NCBI GenBank assembly: GCA_016776505.1
Contig: JADHTG010000012.1
Location: 223 to 64,222 of the forward strand
DNA: 64,000 nucleotides
DNA from: Bacteroidota bacterium
Lineage (GTDB): Bacteria > Bacteroidota > Bacteroidia > CAILMK01 > JAAYUY01
Direction: 5' to 3'
Positions 36,153-45,539 of this stretch are shown piece after piece. Under the pieces are notes generated by a model. The model saw nothing but the letters and a program-made list of their open reading frames with translations, was not told the origin of the DNA and made no database searches. Each line of letters begins with the position of its first letter. The first letter of the stretch is position 1. Position numbers and translations under genes: made by a program.

Positions 36153-37244
36153 ATGAGCATGAAATACATTGACGAATATAGAGATAAAGAGATCGTTCAG
36201 CATTTGATTCAGCGAATCCAAAGCATCTCCAGTCGTGAGATCCGATTGATGGAAGTGTGCGGAGGCCATACGATGGCGATTCAGAAATTTGGGATACCAT
36301 CCTTACTCCCTAAAAACATACATCTTCTTTCAGGTCCGGGTTGCCCGGTATGTGTAACCAGCAGAGGTTATATTGATCAAGCCATTGCATACAGTAGGTT
36401 AGACGATATAATTATTGCCAGTTTTGGGGATTTAATACGTGTACCAGGTTCAAGCTCCACGCTAGAAAAGGAAAAGGCCCGTGGAGCTGATATTCGCATT
36501 GTGTATTCTTCACTGGATGCACTGGACATGGCCCGTAAAAATCTTCAGAAAAAGGTTGTTTTTTTAGGGATAGGGTTTGAAACAACTGCTCCCGGATCTG
36601 CAGCCACTATACAAACTGCCTGGAAAGAAAATCTGGAAAATTTCCTCCTATTCAGTGCTCATAAAATAATGCCACCTGCTATGGAAGCACTGATCGACGA
36701 AGGGGTAAAAATAGATGGATACATTGCACCCGGGCATGTAAGCACCATTACCGGTCATGAAATATATTTAGACTTCCCTGAAAAGTTTGGAATTGCCTGT
36801 GTCATTTCCGGATTTGAACCTGTGGATTTATTACAATCTGTTTATATGTTGGTCAGGCAAGTCGAAGCAAATGATCCAAAAGTGGAGATACAGTACAAGC
36901 GAGCTGTAAAACTGAAGGGAAACGAAAAAGCCAAAGACATTATGCATGAAGTGTTTGAATTAAGGGATGATTGGTGGCGGGGCCTGGGTGTGTTGACTGA
37001 AAGTGGACTGGCTGTAAGAGAAAAATACATGAATTTTGATTCAGAAAAAGTTTTAAATGTAACAGTTGAAAGCCTTCGGGAAGACAAAGGTTGCATTTGT
37101 GGAGAAATACTGAAAGGTCTCAAAAATCCAAAGGATTGTAAACTTTTTGCCAAAACATGCAATCCATCTGATCCTGTCGGAGCTTGCATGGTTTCATCTG
37201 AAGGAGCTTGTCATGCGTATTATAAATACAATAGAAATTTTTAG
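36153..37244 (+). CDS. hypD: Hydrogenase maturation factor HypD
   Basis: MEVCGGHT and GPGCPVCVT motifs. 363 aa. Confidence 0.95.
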   Translation: MSMKYIDEYRDKEIVQHLIQRIQSISSREIRLMEVCGGHTMAIQKFGIPSLLPKNIHLLSGPGCPVCVTSRGYIDQAIAYSRLDDIIIASFGDLIRVPGSSSTLEKEKARGADIRIVYSSLDALDMARKNLQKKVVFLGIGFETTAPGSAATIQTAWKENLENFLLFSAHKIMPPAMEALIDEGVKIDGYIAPGHVSTITGHEIYLDFPEKFGIACVISGFEPVDLLQSVYMLVRQVEANDPKVEIQYKRAVKLKGNEKAKDIMHEVFELRDDWWRGLGVLTESGLAVREKYMNFDSEKVLNVTVESLREDKGCICGEILKGLKNPKDCKLFAKTCNPSDPVGACMVSSEGACHAYYKYNRNF

Positions 37245-37252
37245 TTTAAGTC

Positions 37253-38266
37253 ATGAATGATAGCATTTTATTAGGACATGGAAGCGGAGGAACCCTTTCT
37301 CATGATTTGATTCAGGATATATTTGTGAAGCATTTCGATAATCCCACATTAAGTCAGCAAACAGATTCTGCTATCCTGAAGCATGACGAAGGAAGCCTTT
37401 CTTTTACAACGGATTCTTTTGTTGTAGACCCGATATTTTTCCCAGGAGGTGATATTGGTAAACTGGCTGTTTGCGGAACCATTAATGATCTGGCTGTTTC
37501 TGGAGCAACACCTAAATTTCTCAGTGCTTCCTTCATCATTGAAGAAGGCTTTTCCATGAAAATGCTTGAAGAAATCGTCATCAGTATGGCCGCAGAAGCA
37601 AAAAAAGCAGGTGTCAACATAGTCACTGGTGATACCAAGGTTGTTCATCGAGGACAATGTGATAAACTATTCATAAATACCAGTGGCATTGGTTTTATTG
37701 AAGATAAAAACAAATCAATTGGAACAGCTGAAAAAATCCGGGTGGATGATAAAATCATCATCAACGGAACATTAGGAGATCATGGAATGGCGATTCTCAA
37801 AGCACGTGAATTCAATCGGTTTAAAGCCCCAATCCAATCAGATTGTGCCTGTTTAAATAAGTTAATTACAGAAGTACTTCAAATATCAGATCAAATTCAT
37901 TTTATGCGAGATGCAACCCGGGGAGGGCTGGCTACGGTTTTAAGTGAACTGGTTAAAAGTCGTGCATTTGGTATCGAGTTATCGGAAAACCAGATCCCCA
38001 TCAGGGACGAGGTTCGGGCTATGTGTGAGCTGATGGGTTTTGATCCTCTTTATGTGGCAAATGAGGGAATAGTCGTTATGGTAGTAGGAAAAGATGATGC
38101 TGATATAGTGCTCCAAACTATGAGAAAAAATAAATTGGCAAAAAAAGCTTCCATCATAGGAGAAATCACAGCTGATCACATGGGTAAAGCCTGGGTTAAA
38201 ACTGAAATCGGGGGAAGAAGGATTATGGACATGCTTGCAGGAGAACAATTGCCCAGAATTTGCTAA
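37253..38266 (+). CDS. hypE: Hydrogenase maturation factor HypE
   Basis: AIR-synthase-like fold and the C-terminal PRIC motif. Confidence 0.95.
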   Translation: MNDSILLGHGSGGTLSHDLIQDIFVKHFDNPTLSQQTDSAILKHDEGSLSFTTDSFVVDPIFFPGGDIGKLAVCGTINDLAVSGATPKFLSASFIIEEGFSMKMLEEIVISMAAEAKKAGVNIVTGDTKVVHRGQCDKLFINTSGIGFIEDKNKSIGTAEKIRVDDKIIINGTLGDHGMAILKAREFNRFKAPIQSDCACLNKLITEVLQISDQIHFMRDATRGGLATVLSELVKSRAFGIELSENQIPIRDEVRAMCELMGFDPLYVANEGIVVMVVGKDDADIVLQTMRKNKLAKKASIIGEITADHMGKAWVKTEIGGRRIMDMLAGEQLPRIC

Positions 38267-38284
38267 AGGATCTCAGCTAAACGC

Positions 38285-38704
38285 TCACTTTTTACTGGTA
38301 GGATTTGTCTTAAGTTTATTGTATAATGCATTTAATGCGGATGTTAAATCCACAAATGATACATTGTGGTTTTTGCAGGCTTTCCTGGAACAAATATTTA
38401 CTTTGCCCCCTATATCCAGTAAGAATTGCACCATAGGAGCTTCACAGATATCACAAGTTGTTTCAACAGACAGATTCTGCATACAATTCGGGCAATAAAA
38501 ACTTATAATATCCTGGTCTTTAACTGGGATATTCACCTGGTGATCATAGCAATCATAGACGGAGCATAAGAGCATAGTTCCATTCCTGCTATTGCCCACT
38601 ATATTCAAACGAATGCTTGGCTTACCATGCAGCAATTTATTTTTATCCATTAATGAATTTTTACATGCAGGACAGCAAACATTAAACGTAATTGATTTTG
38701 GCAT
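38285..38704 (-). CDS. Cys-rich zinc-ribbon-like protein of unknown function (paralog of 39854..40342)
   Basis: CCPAC..., CSVYDC, FYCPNC, CDIC and CSRKAC. It aligns with the 39854 product through shared blocks (CP..SL, I.L.I, FxCPxC, T.C.C, FLD). Confidence 0.65.
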   Translation of the reverse strand: MPKSITFNVCCPACKNSLMDKNKLLHGKPSIRLNIVGNSRNGTMLLCSVYDCYDHQVNIPVKDQDIISFYCPNCMQNLSVETTCDICEAPMVQFLLDIGGKVNICSRKACKNHNVSFVDLTSALNALYNKLKTNPTSKK

Positions 38705-38757
38705 TTTTTTTAGACTATAATTATTAATACAAAGTTAATAACTATTCTAAAAAAGAA

Positions 38758-38773
38758 AATGATATTAATCATT
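38758..38773. promoter_or_regulatory. Palindrome AATGAT-ATTA-ATCATT (ATGAY-N4-ATCAT set)
   Basis: Perfect 6-bp arms. The centre lies about 60 nt upstream of the ATG at 38704. Confidence 0.45.
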
Positions 38774-38880
38774 TTTGTTGATACAATTCACTGGTTGTTA
38801 ACCAGATATCCTTCAAATAAATATGCGCCATTAAAGGCTGACAATCTATTCAATCAAATTATTTAGATTATAATTATCTT

Positions 38881-38888
38881 TAACTTTG
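38881..38888 (+). promoter_or_regulatory. Candidate -7 promoter box for hypA
   Basis: taactttg matches TAnnTTTG and lies 20 nt upstream of the ATG at 38908. Confidence 0.45.
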
Positions 38889-38907
38889 GTATCCCAAATG
38901 TCAGCCC

Positions 38908-39249
38908 ATGCATGAACTTTCAATTGCAATGAACATCATAGAAATCGCTGAAGAAGAAGCAAAAAAATCCGGGGCGAAAAAAATCGTAAGCATAGAACTA
39001 GCTGTAGGGAAACTTTCTGGTGTAGTATACGAAGCGCTTGACTTTGCTTTGCAGGAAGCTATTAAAAACACCATGCTTGAAAAGGCGGAGATAATGATCA
39101 ATCAGCTTGAAGGAAAAGCGGTTTGTTTAAAGTGTTTACATCATTTTCAGCTAGAGAACCTGTATGAAGTATGCCCGGAATGCAAGCATCCACTTTGCAG
39201 TATAATCCAGGGAAAGGAATTAAAAATTAATTCTCTTCTAGTAGATTAG
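38908..39249 (+). CDS. hypA: Hydrogenase nickel-insertion protein HypA
   Basis: N-terminal MHELSI and zinc site CLKC...CPEC. 113 aa. Confidence 0.9.
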   Translation: MHELSIAMNIIEIAEEEAKKSGAKKIVSIELAVGKLSGVVYEALDFALQEAIKNTMLEKAEIMINQLEGKAVCLKCLHHFQLENLYEVCPECKHPLCSIIQGKELKINSLLVD

Positions 39250-39253
39250 GCTG

Positions 39254-39754
39254 TTATGCCGGAATTAACATGCATTTATCTGAAATGGATAAATGATGAA
39301 TCCAGGATTTCACCTGGTTTAGGTTTTCATCAAAGCTTTTACTGAGTTTAGGACTCAGTTTTGATCCAAAACTTAAGAAATCATCCACTTCAATAGAAAT
39401 AACAAATACATTTTCAGGAATTTGATATTCCAGTTTTTTCCAAAATGTAAAACAATCCCTAAAATTCATTTCATGAATATTCTTTAGGTGAAGGGTTTCC
39501 TGGAAATCAAATAAGCTATGAATGGAAATATGTCCGGGTGGATTCATGTTTTGATTCATTCCGTCAATAAAAACAACCGTTTTATAGCCTTTTATTGAGT
39601 CCAGAGTCACCAGGCTAAACAGGGACTCGGTCTTAAAACTAAGTTTTTGAAAATAAGGATCCGCGGAAAGTTTACTGACCATTTTGACACCAATGCCTTC
39701 ATCAGTATGGAAATCACTCCCCATGCCTACTATCAAAATGTTTTTCTGTTCCAA
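39254..39754 (-). CDS. Hydrogenase maturation endopeptidase-like protein (paralog of 40367..40855)
   Basis: ILIVGMGSDFHTDEGIGVKM, FIDGM and TLHLKNIHE occupy the positions of the Glu/Asp, Asp and His nickel ligands of HybD-type proteases. Confidence 0.7.
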   Translation of the reverse strand: MEQKNILIVGMGSDFHTDEGIGVKMVSKLSADPYFQKLSFKTESLFSLVTLDSIKGYKTVVFIDGMNQNMNPPGHISIHSLFDFQETLHLKNIHEMNFRDCFTFWKKLEYQIPENVFVISIEVDDFLSFGSKLSPKLSKSFDENLNQVKSWIHHLSISDKCMLIPA

Positions 39755-39853
39755 TTTTATAAATTTTAATTATTGTTTTCAAATGTTGTGCTTCATTCTT
39801 TGATTGTAAAACTCGGATATTAAAGTATTGAAATCAAGCCCTAATTGAACAAA

Positions 39854-40342
39854 TCATCTTGTCTGAGCCATTTTAGTTGTTCTTGTTTTTGATGCGAAAA
39901 CCATATCCTCAATTATTTCCGCATTATTGCATCCATAGTTATCACAAAATCCAATACAATCGCAGAAGTTTGTTTCCTGGTCTAAAAAGAGTGCAACTAT
40001 ATCACCTCCACAGTAGCATTTTGTATACACGGGAATTTTTATATCACAGTGGGGACAAAAAAACCCAATAGAATCACCCTTTTCACAATTGGTACCTAAG
40101 AGGATACTTCTCTTATCATGAGATATTGGACTGATAGCAATAGTTCCCCAATCTGCCTGAGTTTCTATTTTCAGCACAATACCAGCAAATCCGCTAAAAT
40201 TTGCCTGTGAATTGACCAGGCTGTGACCATTTGGACAATAACAATCGGTTATGACCTGAATATTGTCGCTGGTACAAATTTGTTCTTTTCTAATTTTATT
40301 GGGATATTCAATCATCCCTTTTTTATTGAAAATACTTTTCAT
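39854..40342 (-). CDS. Cys-rich zinc-ribbon-like protein of unknown function (paralog of 38285..38704)
   Basis: CYCPNGHSL, FFCPHC, CYCGG and CDCIGFCDNYGC. It lies between two endopeptidase paralogs in the hydrogenase operon. Confidence 0.65.
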   Translation of the reverse strand: MKSIFNKKGMIEYPNKIRKEQICTSDNIQVITDCYCPNGHSLVNSQANFSGFAGIVLKIETQADWGTIAISPISHDKRSILLGTNCEKGDSIGFFCPHCDIKIPVYTKCYCGGDIVALFLDQETNFCDCIGFCDNYGCNNAEIIEDMVFASKTRTTKMAQTR

Positions 40343-40366
40343 TAATAAAAATATAGCATTTCTAAA

Positions 40367-40855
40367 TCAATGGCTTAATGCAGAGGATTTGGATTTTATC
40401 CAATCCAAAACAGTTTGAAAAATTTGATTGTATTTTCTTTGAATTTCCTCACTCATTGAATCACTAAAAACTGAAAATTCTTTAATCACTATTGAAATTA
40501 CATATATGTCATCTGGTATTTTAAATCCCAGTTTTTTCCAAAAATCCACCATATTAATAAATGATGTTTCATGTATATTGGACAAGTGTAATGTGTCTAT
40601 AAAATCAGACATATGGTTTATTGAAATCTCTCCTGTACTTTTAGTTTTACTTAAAGTGGCGTCAATAATGATAATCAATTCATAACTTTCAAACTCCTTA
40701 ACTAAGTCCAGATTGAATAAAAGTGCTGTTTTAAAATCACAATGATTAAGGAGGCTTTCTTGTTGAAGTTGATGAACTACTGTAGAACCAATTCCATCGT
40801 CCGTCAGTATATCACTACCCAGGCCAAAAATTAATACTTTATTCCTACTACACAA
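40367..40855 (-). CDS. Hydrogenase maturation endopeptidase-like protein
   Basis: VLIFGLGSDILTDDGIGSTV, IIDAT and TLHLSNIHE. It lies immediately downstream of the large-subunit gene. Confidence 0.72.
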   Translation of the reverse strand: MCSRNKVLIFGLGSDILTDDGIGSTVVHQLQQESLLNHCDFKTALLFNLDLVKEFESYELIIIIDATLSKTKSTGEISINHMSDFIDTLHLSNIHETSFINMVDFWKKLGFKIPDDIYVISIVIKEFSVFSDSMSEEIQRKYNQIFQTVLDWIKSKSSALSH

Positions 40856-40858
40856 TAT

Positions 40859-42322
40859 TTATTTACGTTGAACTGTTCGCAATATTTTGCCTTCCAAATC
40901 CCTGAAGTTCACTTTCAAAGGCATTTTACCTGTTTGATAATGTGTAGCACATGAAAAACAAGGATCATATGCACGAAAAGCCATTTCGACCATATTCAGA
41001 ATTCCATCATTCACTTCCACTCCTTTCTTGATCAGGTTTTGGGCTGCTTTTTTCAAAGACATACATATGGCAGCGTTGTTATTGGTTGTTCCAACTATGA
41101 TATTGGCTTTAGTGACAATTCCTTTTTTATCTGTCCAGTAATGATGTGTGAGCGTTCCCCTTTGGGCTTCGACTATTCCAACACCTTCATTTGGGATATT
41201 TGTTAATGGTGTTCTTAGTTCTTTTCCTGTTATATCAGGGTCCTGTGCTAATTCGAGACAATGCTCAGCCGAATAAAGCAACTCTACCAGCCTGGCCCAA
41301 TGCATGGCCAATGTGGCATGAACAGGTTTTCCACCCAGCACTTCATACATTTTCTCATATTCAGCTTGTGCCAAAGGAGTGGCCATTCCATCTGAAGCAT
41401 TTAAGCGGGAAAGTGGTGTGGCATGATAAACACCTGAATCCTGTCCATCCACAAATCCCTTCCAACCAATTTTTTTCAGAAATGGAAACTTCAGATAAGT
41501 CCAGGGTTCAACATGCTCAGCAACGTAATTCATATAATCCTCAGGGCTGTATTTACAATGTTCTTCTCCTTTTGTATCCACAACCCTGACTTTTCCATCA
41601 TAAAAGTTGACTTTATTGTTCTGATCCACCAAACCCATAGAATAAATGTTCAGATTATAAGGACCATTTACAATCAAATCAACATAGCCTTCATTAGCTA
41701 AAACAACATCTTCAAATATTTTCAAACTGAATTTTGCGAATTCAATAAATCCCTTTGCTTTTTCCACAATATCATCTCGCTGTTCTTCAGTTAATCCTTT
41801 TCTAACCCCACCGGGTATATTCATCACGACATGAGTTTGATGGCCTCCCAGCAGGGCTTGTATTTCTTGCGCTAACCGTCTTTGTTTGATCACTTCAGTT
41901 CCCACTTCGACACCTACTTTATTAATAACTCCTAAAATATTTCTTTCAGCAGCCGGGGCAGTAGGACCCACTACAAAATCAGCAGCAGCTAAAGCATAAA
42001 AATGAGCGATATGACTATGAACATAATGAGCCATATAAAACAATTCACGTAGCTTTTTGGCAGTTGGAGTAGGCGTGACACCATATACAGCATCCGCTGC
42101 TTTTCCAGAAGCCATGTGATGGCAACCCGGACATACACCACAGATTTTGGTTACAATCTGCGCTAATTCCTCAACTGGTCTTCCTTCGCAGAATTTTTCA
42201 AAACCTCTTAATTCGGGCACCTGGAAATAAACATTTTCCACATCTCCCTCATCTGTCATGAATATTTCAATTTTACCATGACCTTCAAGCCTAGTAATCG
42301 GATCAATCGTTATTCTCTTCAT
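40859..42322 (-). CDS. mvhA: [NiFe]-hydrogenase large subunit, Mvh-type (group 3c-like by context)
   Basis: N-terminal RLEGHGKI, proximal motif CGVCPGCH and C-terminal DPCFSCATH followed by a 26-aa extension that would be cleaved. The group assignment rests on the adjacent mvhG, mvhD and hdrA genes. Confidence 0.88.
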   Translation of the reverse strand: MKRITIDPITRLEGHGKIEIFMTDEGDVENVYFQVPELRGFEKFCEGRPVEELAQIVTKICGVCPGCHHMASGKAADAVYGVTPTPTAKKLRELFYMAHYVHSHIAHFYALAAADFVVGPTAPAAERNILGVINKVGVEVGTEVIKQRRLAQEIQALLGGHQTHVVMNIPGGVRKGLTEEQRDDIVEKAKGFIEFAKFSLKIFEDVVLANEGYVDLIVNGPYNLNIYSMGLVDQNNKVNFYDGKVRVVDTKGEEHCKYSPEDYMNYVAEHVEPWTYLKFPFLKKIGWKGFVDGQDSGVYHATPLSRLNASDGMATPLAQAEYEKMYEVLGGKPVHATLAMHWARLVELLYSAEHCLELAQDPDITGKELRTPLTNIPNEGVGIVEAQRGTLTHHYWTDKKGIVTKANIIVGTTNNNAAICMSLKKAAQNLIKKGVEVNDGILNMVEMAFRAYDPCFSCATHYQTGKMPLKVNFRDLEGKILRTVQRK

Positions 42323-43299
42323 AATACTTTCCTTCTTAAAATTGAATTAGGTAAGCTGAATCTATAAAATAAACCTGCAGGATCATCAATTGTGTCAACA
42401 GTAGCATTGATCTCAGATTCATTATTTCCTTTAATGATAGTACCCACTGCCGAAAGCATTTTTGAACCTGGATCAGGAATATCATCTGGTGGACCATAGC
42501 ATCCACGACAAGGAGCATTTCCCTCTATGCATCTGACATCACATCCACCTCTTGTAGCGGGACCCATACAAATCACTCCCTGTTCCAGGAAACAGCTTTC
42601 CCCATCGTCAACAATGTCAATGGGTCGTTTAAATTCTGAAATACTTTTATCCTCAGTCTGCTTTCTTTCACATTCATCACACTGGGTTTTATTCAATGCA
42701 CCGATGACTGATCCTGCAGGAGGCAATTCAGCACCGGTAACAATTGCAAGAAACACTTCCACCAGGCGTTCCGTTTGAGGAGGACAACCGGGAAGGTAAT
42801 AATCCACATTGACAACCTGATCCAGTGTTCTCACATCGTTATAAAATACCGGTATATCCAGTATTCCTTCTTTTACTTCAAATTCAGGAACAGGACGAAT
42901 TTTATCAGGATTTATCGTTGATTCACTTTCTTCGTAAACGCGACTGAATATTTCTTCTTTTGATGAAAAATTTGCAAGCCCAGGAATACCACCCATATGG
43001 GCACAACTACCATAAGCTACCAAAACTTTGGTTTTTTTCCGAAGTAGTTTGGCCATTTCTTCATTTTCACTGTTTCGAACTGCACCATTAAAAAGAGTGA
43101 GATCGATATGACCATCAGGCATAGCTTTCACATCTTTGTACTTAATATCAAGCGCTATTGGCCAAAAAACAAGATCAGCATGCTCTAGCACTGTAAAAAG
43201 TTTTTCATGTACATCAAGGACTGAAACACAACAACCCCCGCATGCTGCTCCCCAATAAACAGCTAATTTCAATTTTGGTTTTGCTTCCGTTTTTGCCAT
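42319..43299 (-). CDS. mvhG: [NiFe]-hydrogenase small subunit, Mvh-type
   Basis: No TAT signal. N-terminal WGAACGGCCVS and C-terminal FeS cysteines (CDEC..., CMGPATRGGCDVRCIEGNAPCRGCYGP). An ATGA overlap with mvhA. Confidence 0.85.
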   Translation of the reverse strand: MAKTEAKPKLKLAVYWGAACGGCCVSVLDVHEKLFTVLEHADLVFWPIALDIKYKDVKAMPDGHIDLTLFNGAVRNSENEEMAKLLRKKTKVLVAYGSCAHMGGIPGLANFSSKEEIFSRVYEESESTINPDKIRPVPEFEVKEGILDIPVFYNDVRTLDQVVNVDYYLPGCPPQTERLVEVFLAIVTGAELPPAGSVIGALNKTQCDECERKQTEDKSISEFKRPIDIVDDGESCFLEQGVICMGPATRGGCDVRCIEGNAPCRGCYGPPDDIPDPGSKMLSAVGTIIKGNNESEINATVDTIDDPAGLFYRFSLPNSILRRKVL

Positions 43300-43310
43300 T
43301 TGTTTAATTA

Positions 43311-43736
43311 TTAGGATAAGGTTTCAACTATTTCTTTTACTTTACAAGGGCCAAACTCCCTGATCTCTTCTGTAAATTGATCCACAAGTTTGGCAAAATC
43401 TTTCCCTTCACTGGCACTGATCCACTTCAACTTCATCCTGTCTTTTTCAATTCCCATCTGATCAATAAACTTTTGCATGAGCTTAAATCTTCTCAGGCAA
43501 TTGTAATTTCCTTCATGGTAATGACAATCACCGGGATGACAACCACAAATTAATACACCATCAGCTCCTTGTTGGAAGGCTTTCAAAACAAAGGTGGGTT
43601 CCACCCTTCCGGAACACATCACTCTGATTATGCGAATATTCGAAGCGTATTTCATCCTGGATGTCCCTGCCAGGTCAGCTCCCGTGTAAGAACACCAGTT
43701 ACATAAAAACGAGACAATTTTAGGATTAAAACTCAT
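43311..43736 (-). CDS. mvhD: Methyl-viologen-reducing hydrogenase delta subunit (MvhD) family protein
   Basis: IVSFLCNWCSYTGADLAG and VMCSGRV are hallmark MvhD motifs. 141 aa. Confidence 0.87.
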   Translation of the reverse strand: MSFNPKIVSFLCNWCSYTGADLAGTSRMKYASNIRIIRVMCSGRVEPTFVLKAFQQGADGVLICGCHPGDCHYHEGNYNCLRRFKLMQKFIDQMGIEKDRMKLKWISASEGKDFAKLVDQFTEEIREFGPCKVKEIVETLS

Positions 43737-43772
43737 AGTATTTTCCTCCAGTGTTTAAAAATTTTATTTCTT

Positions 43773-45521
43773 TTAGTTTTCTGATATTTCTTCTTGAAGA
43801 ATCATCTCCATTAGTCCTTCTATCTGCGATAGTATTTGTTTATCAGTAAAATGCCTGCTACTAATAGCTCCGCATGGACAGGCAGAACCGCATGTTCCAC
43901 ATCCTTTACAAAGTGCTTCATTAACAACAGAGATATTTTTTTCCTCCTCATAGCTAAGGGCAGTGTAAGGACATACCTGTACACAAGTCTGACATCCGCA
44001 GCACAGTTCTTCATTGGCAAAAGCGGTTGTCACTTCGATTTCTACCTGTTTTTTATTAATGGTTCCCAGTATTCTTGCAGCTGCAGCTTTGGCCTGACAT
44101 ATGGAATCCGGGATATCTTTTGGTCCCTGGCAATTTCCAACAATGTATACCCCATCTGTAGTGGTGGCTACAGGGTCTAATTTGGGATGTTTTTCAATGT
44201 AGAAACTATTTCCACAAAGGCTAATACCCACTGAGTGTCCTGTTTTCTTTGCGTCTTCATGGGCTTCCATACCCACCATCAGCACTATTAAATCAGCAGG
44301 AATTTCCACTTCTTCCCCGGATAGTTTTTCATCCATTTGAATAAGCATCTCACAACCATCATTTTTACCTGCCTTAATTACCTCGGGTAATTTGTCCTGT
44401 TGGTCAAACATGAGAAAGGTAACTCCTTTTGTAGAGGTTTTTGTGTACAACTCTTCGCAACCTTTTCCAAATGAGCGCATATCAGCATATAATTCGTACA
44501 CATTTGAATCCGGGATAGCTGATTTAAGCTGGTTGGCAAATTTTAATGCTGTCATACAGCAGGTGCGACTGCAATACTCATGGTAATCTTTATTCCGGCT
44601 ACCCACACAATGTATGATGGCGATATTTTTTGGAACCTTTCCCTCTTTCGTTTGAATCTTTCCCTTCAAAAGCATTTTCTCAAATTCAAGGGAAGTAATT
44701 ACATTCGGAAATTTACCGTAAGCATAGGCTTCAATACCCTGTGGATCGAAAGCTTTTAAACCCGTTGCAACAATAACATTTCCAAATTTCAGCTCAGTTT
44801 CTTTCTTTTTACCATTTTTTATTTGTGTACTGAAATTTCCAATGTATCCATTCACCTCTTCAACTACCTGATTATTAAAAACCTGGATATTGGGGTGCTG
44901 AACGACTTTTTCAATGATCATTTGTCTAAGCTGTTGTGCACTGTACATGAAAGGAAAGGTAAGGTCAACCTGCAACAGCTGACCACCGAGCTGGGCCTTT
45001 TTTTCAACCAGGTAAACCTGTTTTCCTGCATCAGCAATTTCAAGCGCTGCAGACATACCTGCTATTCCACCTCCCAAAATCAAGGTAGCAGGATCAATTT
45101 CAACTGTCCGCTTTTCAAGTGCTTCATGATAAGCTACCCGACTAATGGCTCCGGCAATTAATGATTTGGCTTTTTTAGTTGCCTCCTCCCTGTCAGTATG
45201 AACCCATGAAACTTGTTCCCGGATATTGGCCATTTGAAACATATAAGGATTCAGGCCTGCATTTGCCAGCGCCCTTCTGAAGGTTAGTTCATGTATCCTG
45301 GGTGAACAGGCAGCAACAACCACACGGTTCAGATTGTTTTCCTGGATATCCTGGATGATCATATCCTGACCCGGGTCTGAACACATATATTTATAAGTTT
45401 TAGACAGAACCACATTCGGCAGATCACCCAATTCTTTTGCAACCTGCTCGACATCTACCATCTTGGCGATATTGGTACCGCACCAGCAAACATATAAACC
45501 TATTCTTGTATCTTCCATCAT
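43773..45521 (-). CDS. hdrA: Heterodisulfide reductase subunit A-like flavoprotein (HdrA1; N-terminal Cys domain and C-terminal 2x ferredoxin)
   Basis: N-terminal VCWCGTNI, FAD motif ILGGGIAGMSAALE, HdrA signature HCVGSRNKDYHEYCSRTCCM, and C-terminal CCGCQTCVQVCP and CKGCGTCGSACP. It lacks the inserted ferredoxin domain. Confidence 0.88.
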   Translation of the reverse strand: MMEDTRIGLYVCWCGTNIAKMVDVEQVAKELGDLPNVVLSKTYKYMCSDPGQDMIIQDIQENNLNRVVVAACSPRIHELTFRRALANAGLNPYMFQMANIREQVSWVHTDREEATKKAKSLIAGAISRVAYHEALEKRTVEIDPATLILGGGIAGMSAALEIADAGKQVYLVEKKAQLGGQLLQVDLTFPFMYSAQQLRQMIIEKVVQHPNIQVFNNQVVEEVNGYIGNFSTQIKNGKKKETELKFGNVIVATGLKAFDPQGIEAYAYGKFPNVITSLEFEKMLLKGKIQTKEGKVPKNIAIIHCVGSRNKDYHEYCSRTCCMTALKFANQLKSAIPDSNVYELYADMRSFGKGCEELYTKTSTKGVTFLMFDQQDKLPEVIKAGKNDGCEMLIQMDEKLSGEEVEIPADLIVLMVGMEAHEDAKKTGHSVGISLCGNSFYIEKHPKLDPVATTTDGVYIVGNCQGPKDIPDSICQAKAAAARILGTINKKQVEIEVTTAFANEELCCGCQTCVQVCPYTALSYEEEKNISVVNEALCKGCGTCGSACPCGAISSRHFTDKQILSQIEGLMEMILQEEISEN

Positions 45522-45539
45522 ATAAAGTTTATTCGATTA

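Noticed and set aside
38285-40342. Idea that the Cys-rich proteins replace HdrB
   Set aside because: They lack the paired CCG-domain pattern (Cx31-39CCx35-36CxxC) and are much smaller than HdrB.
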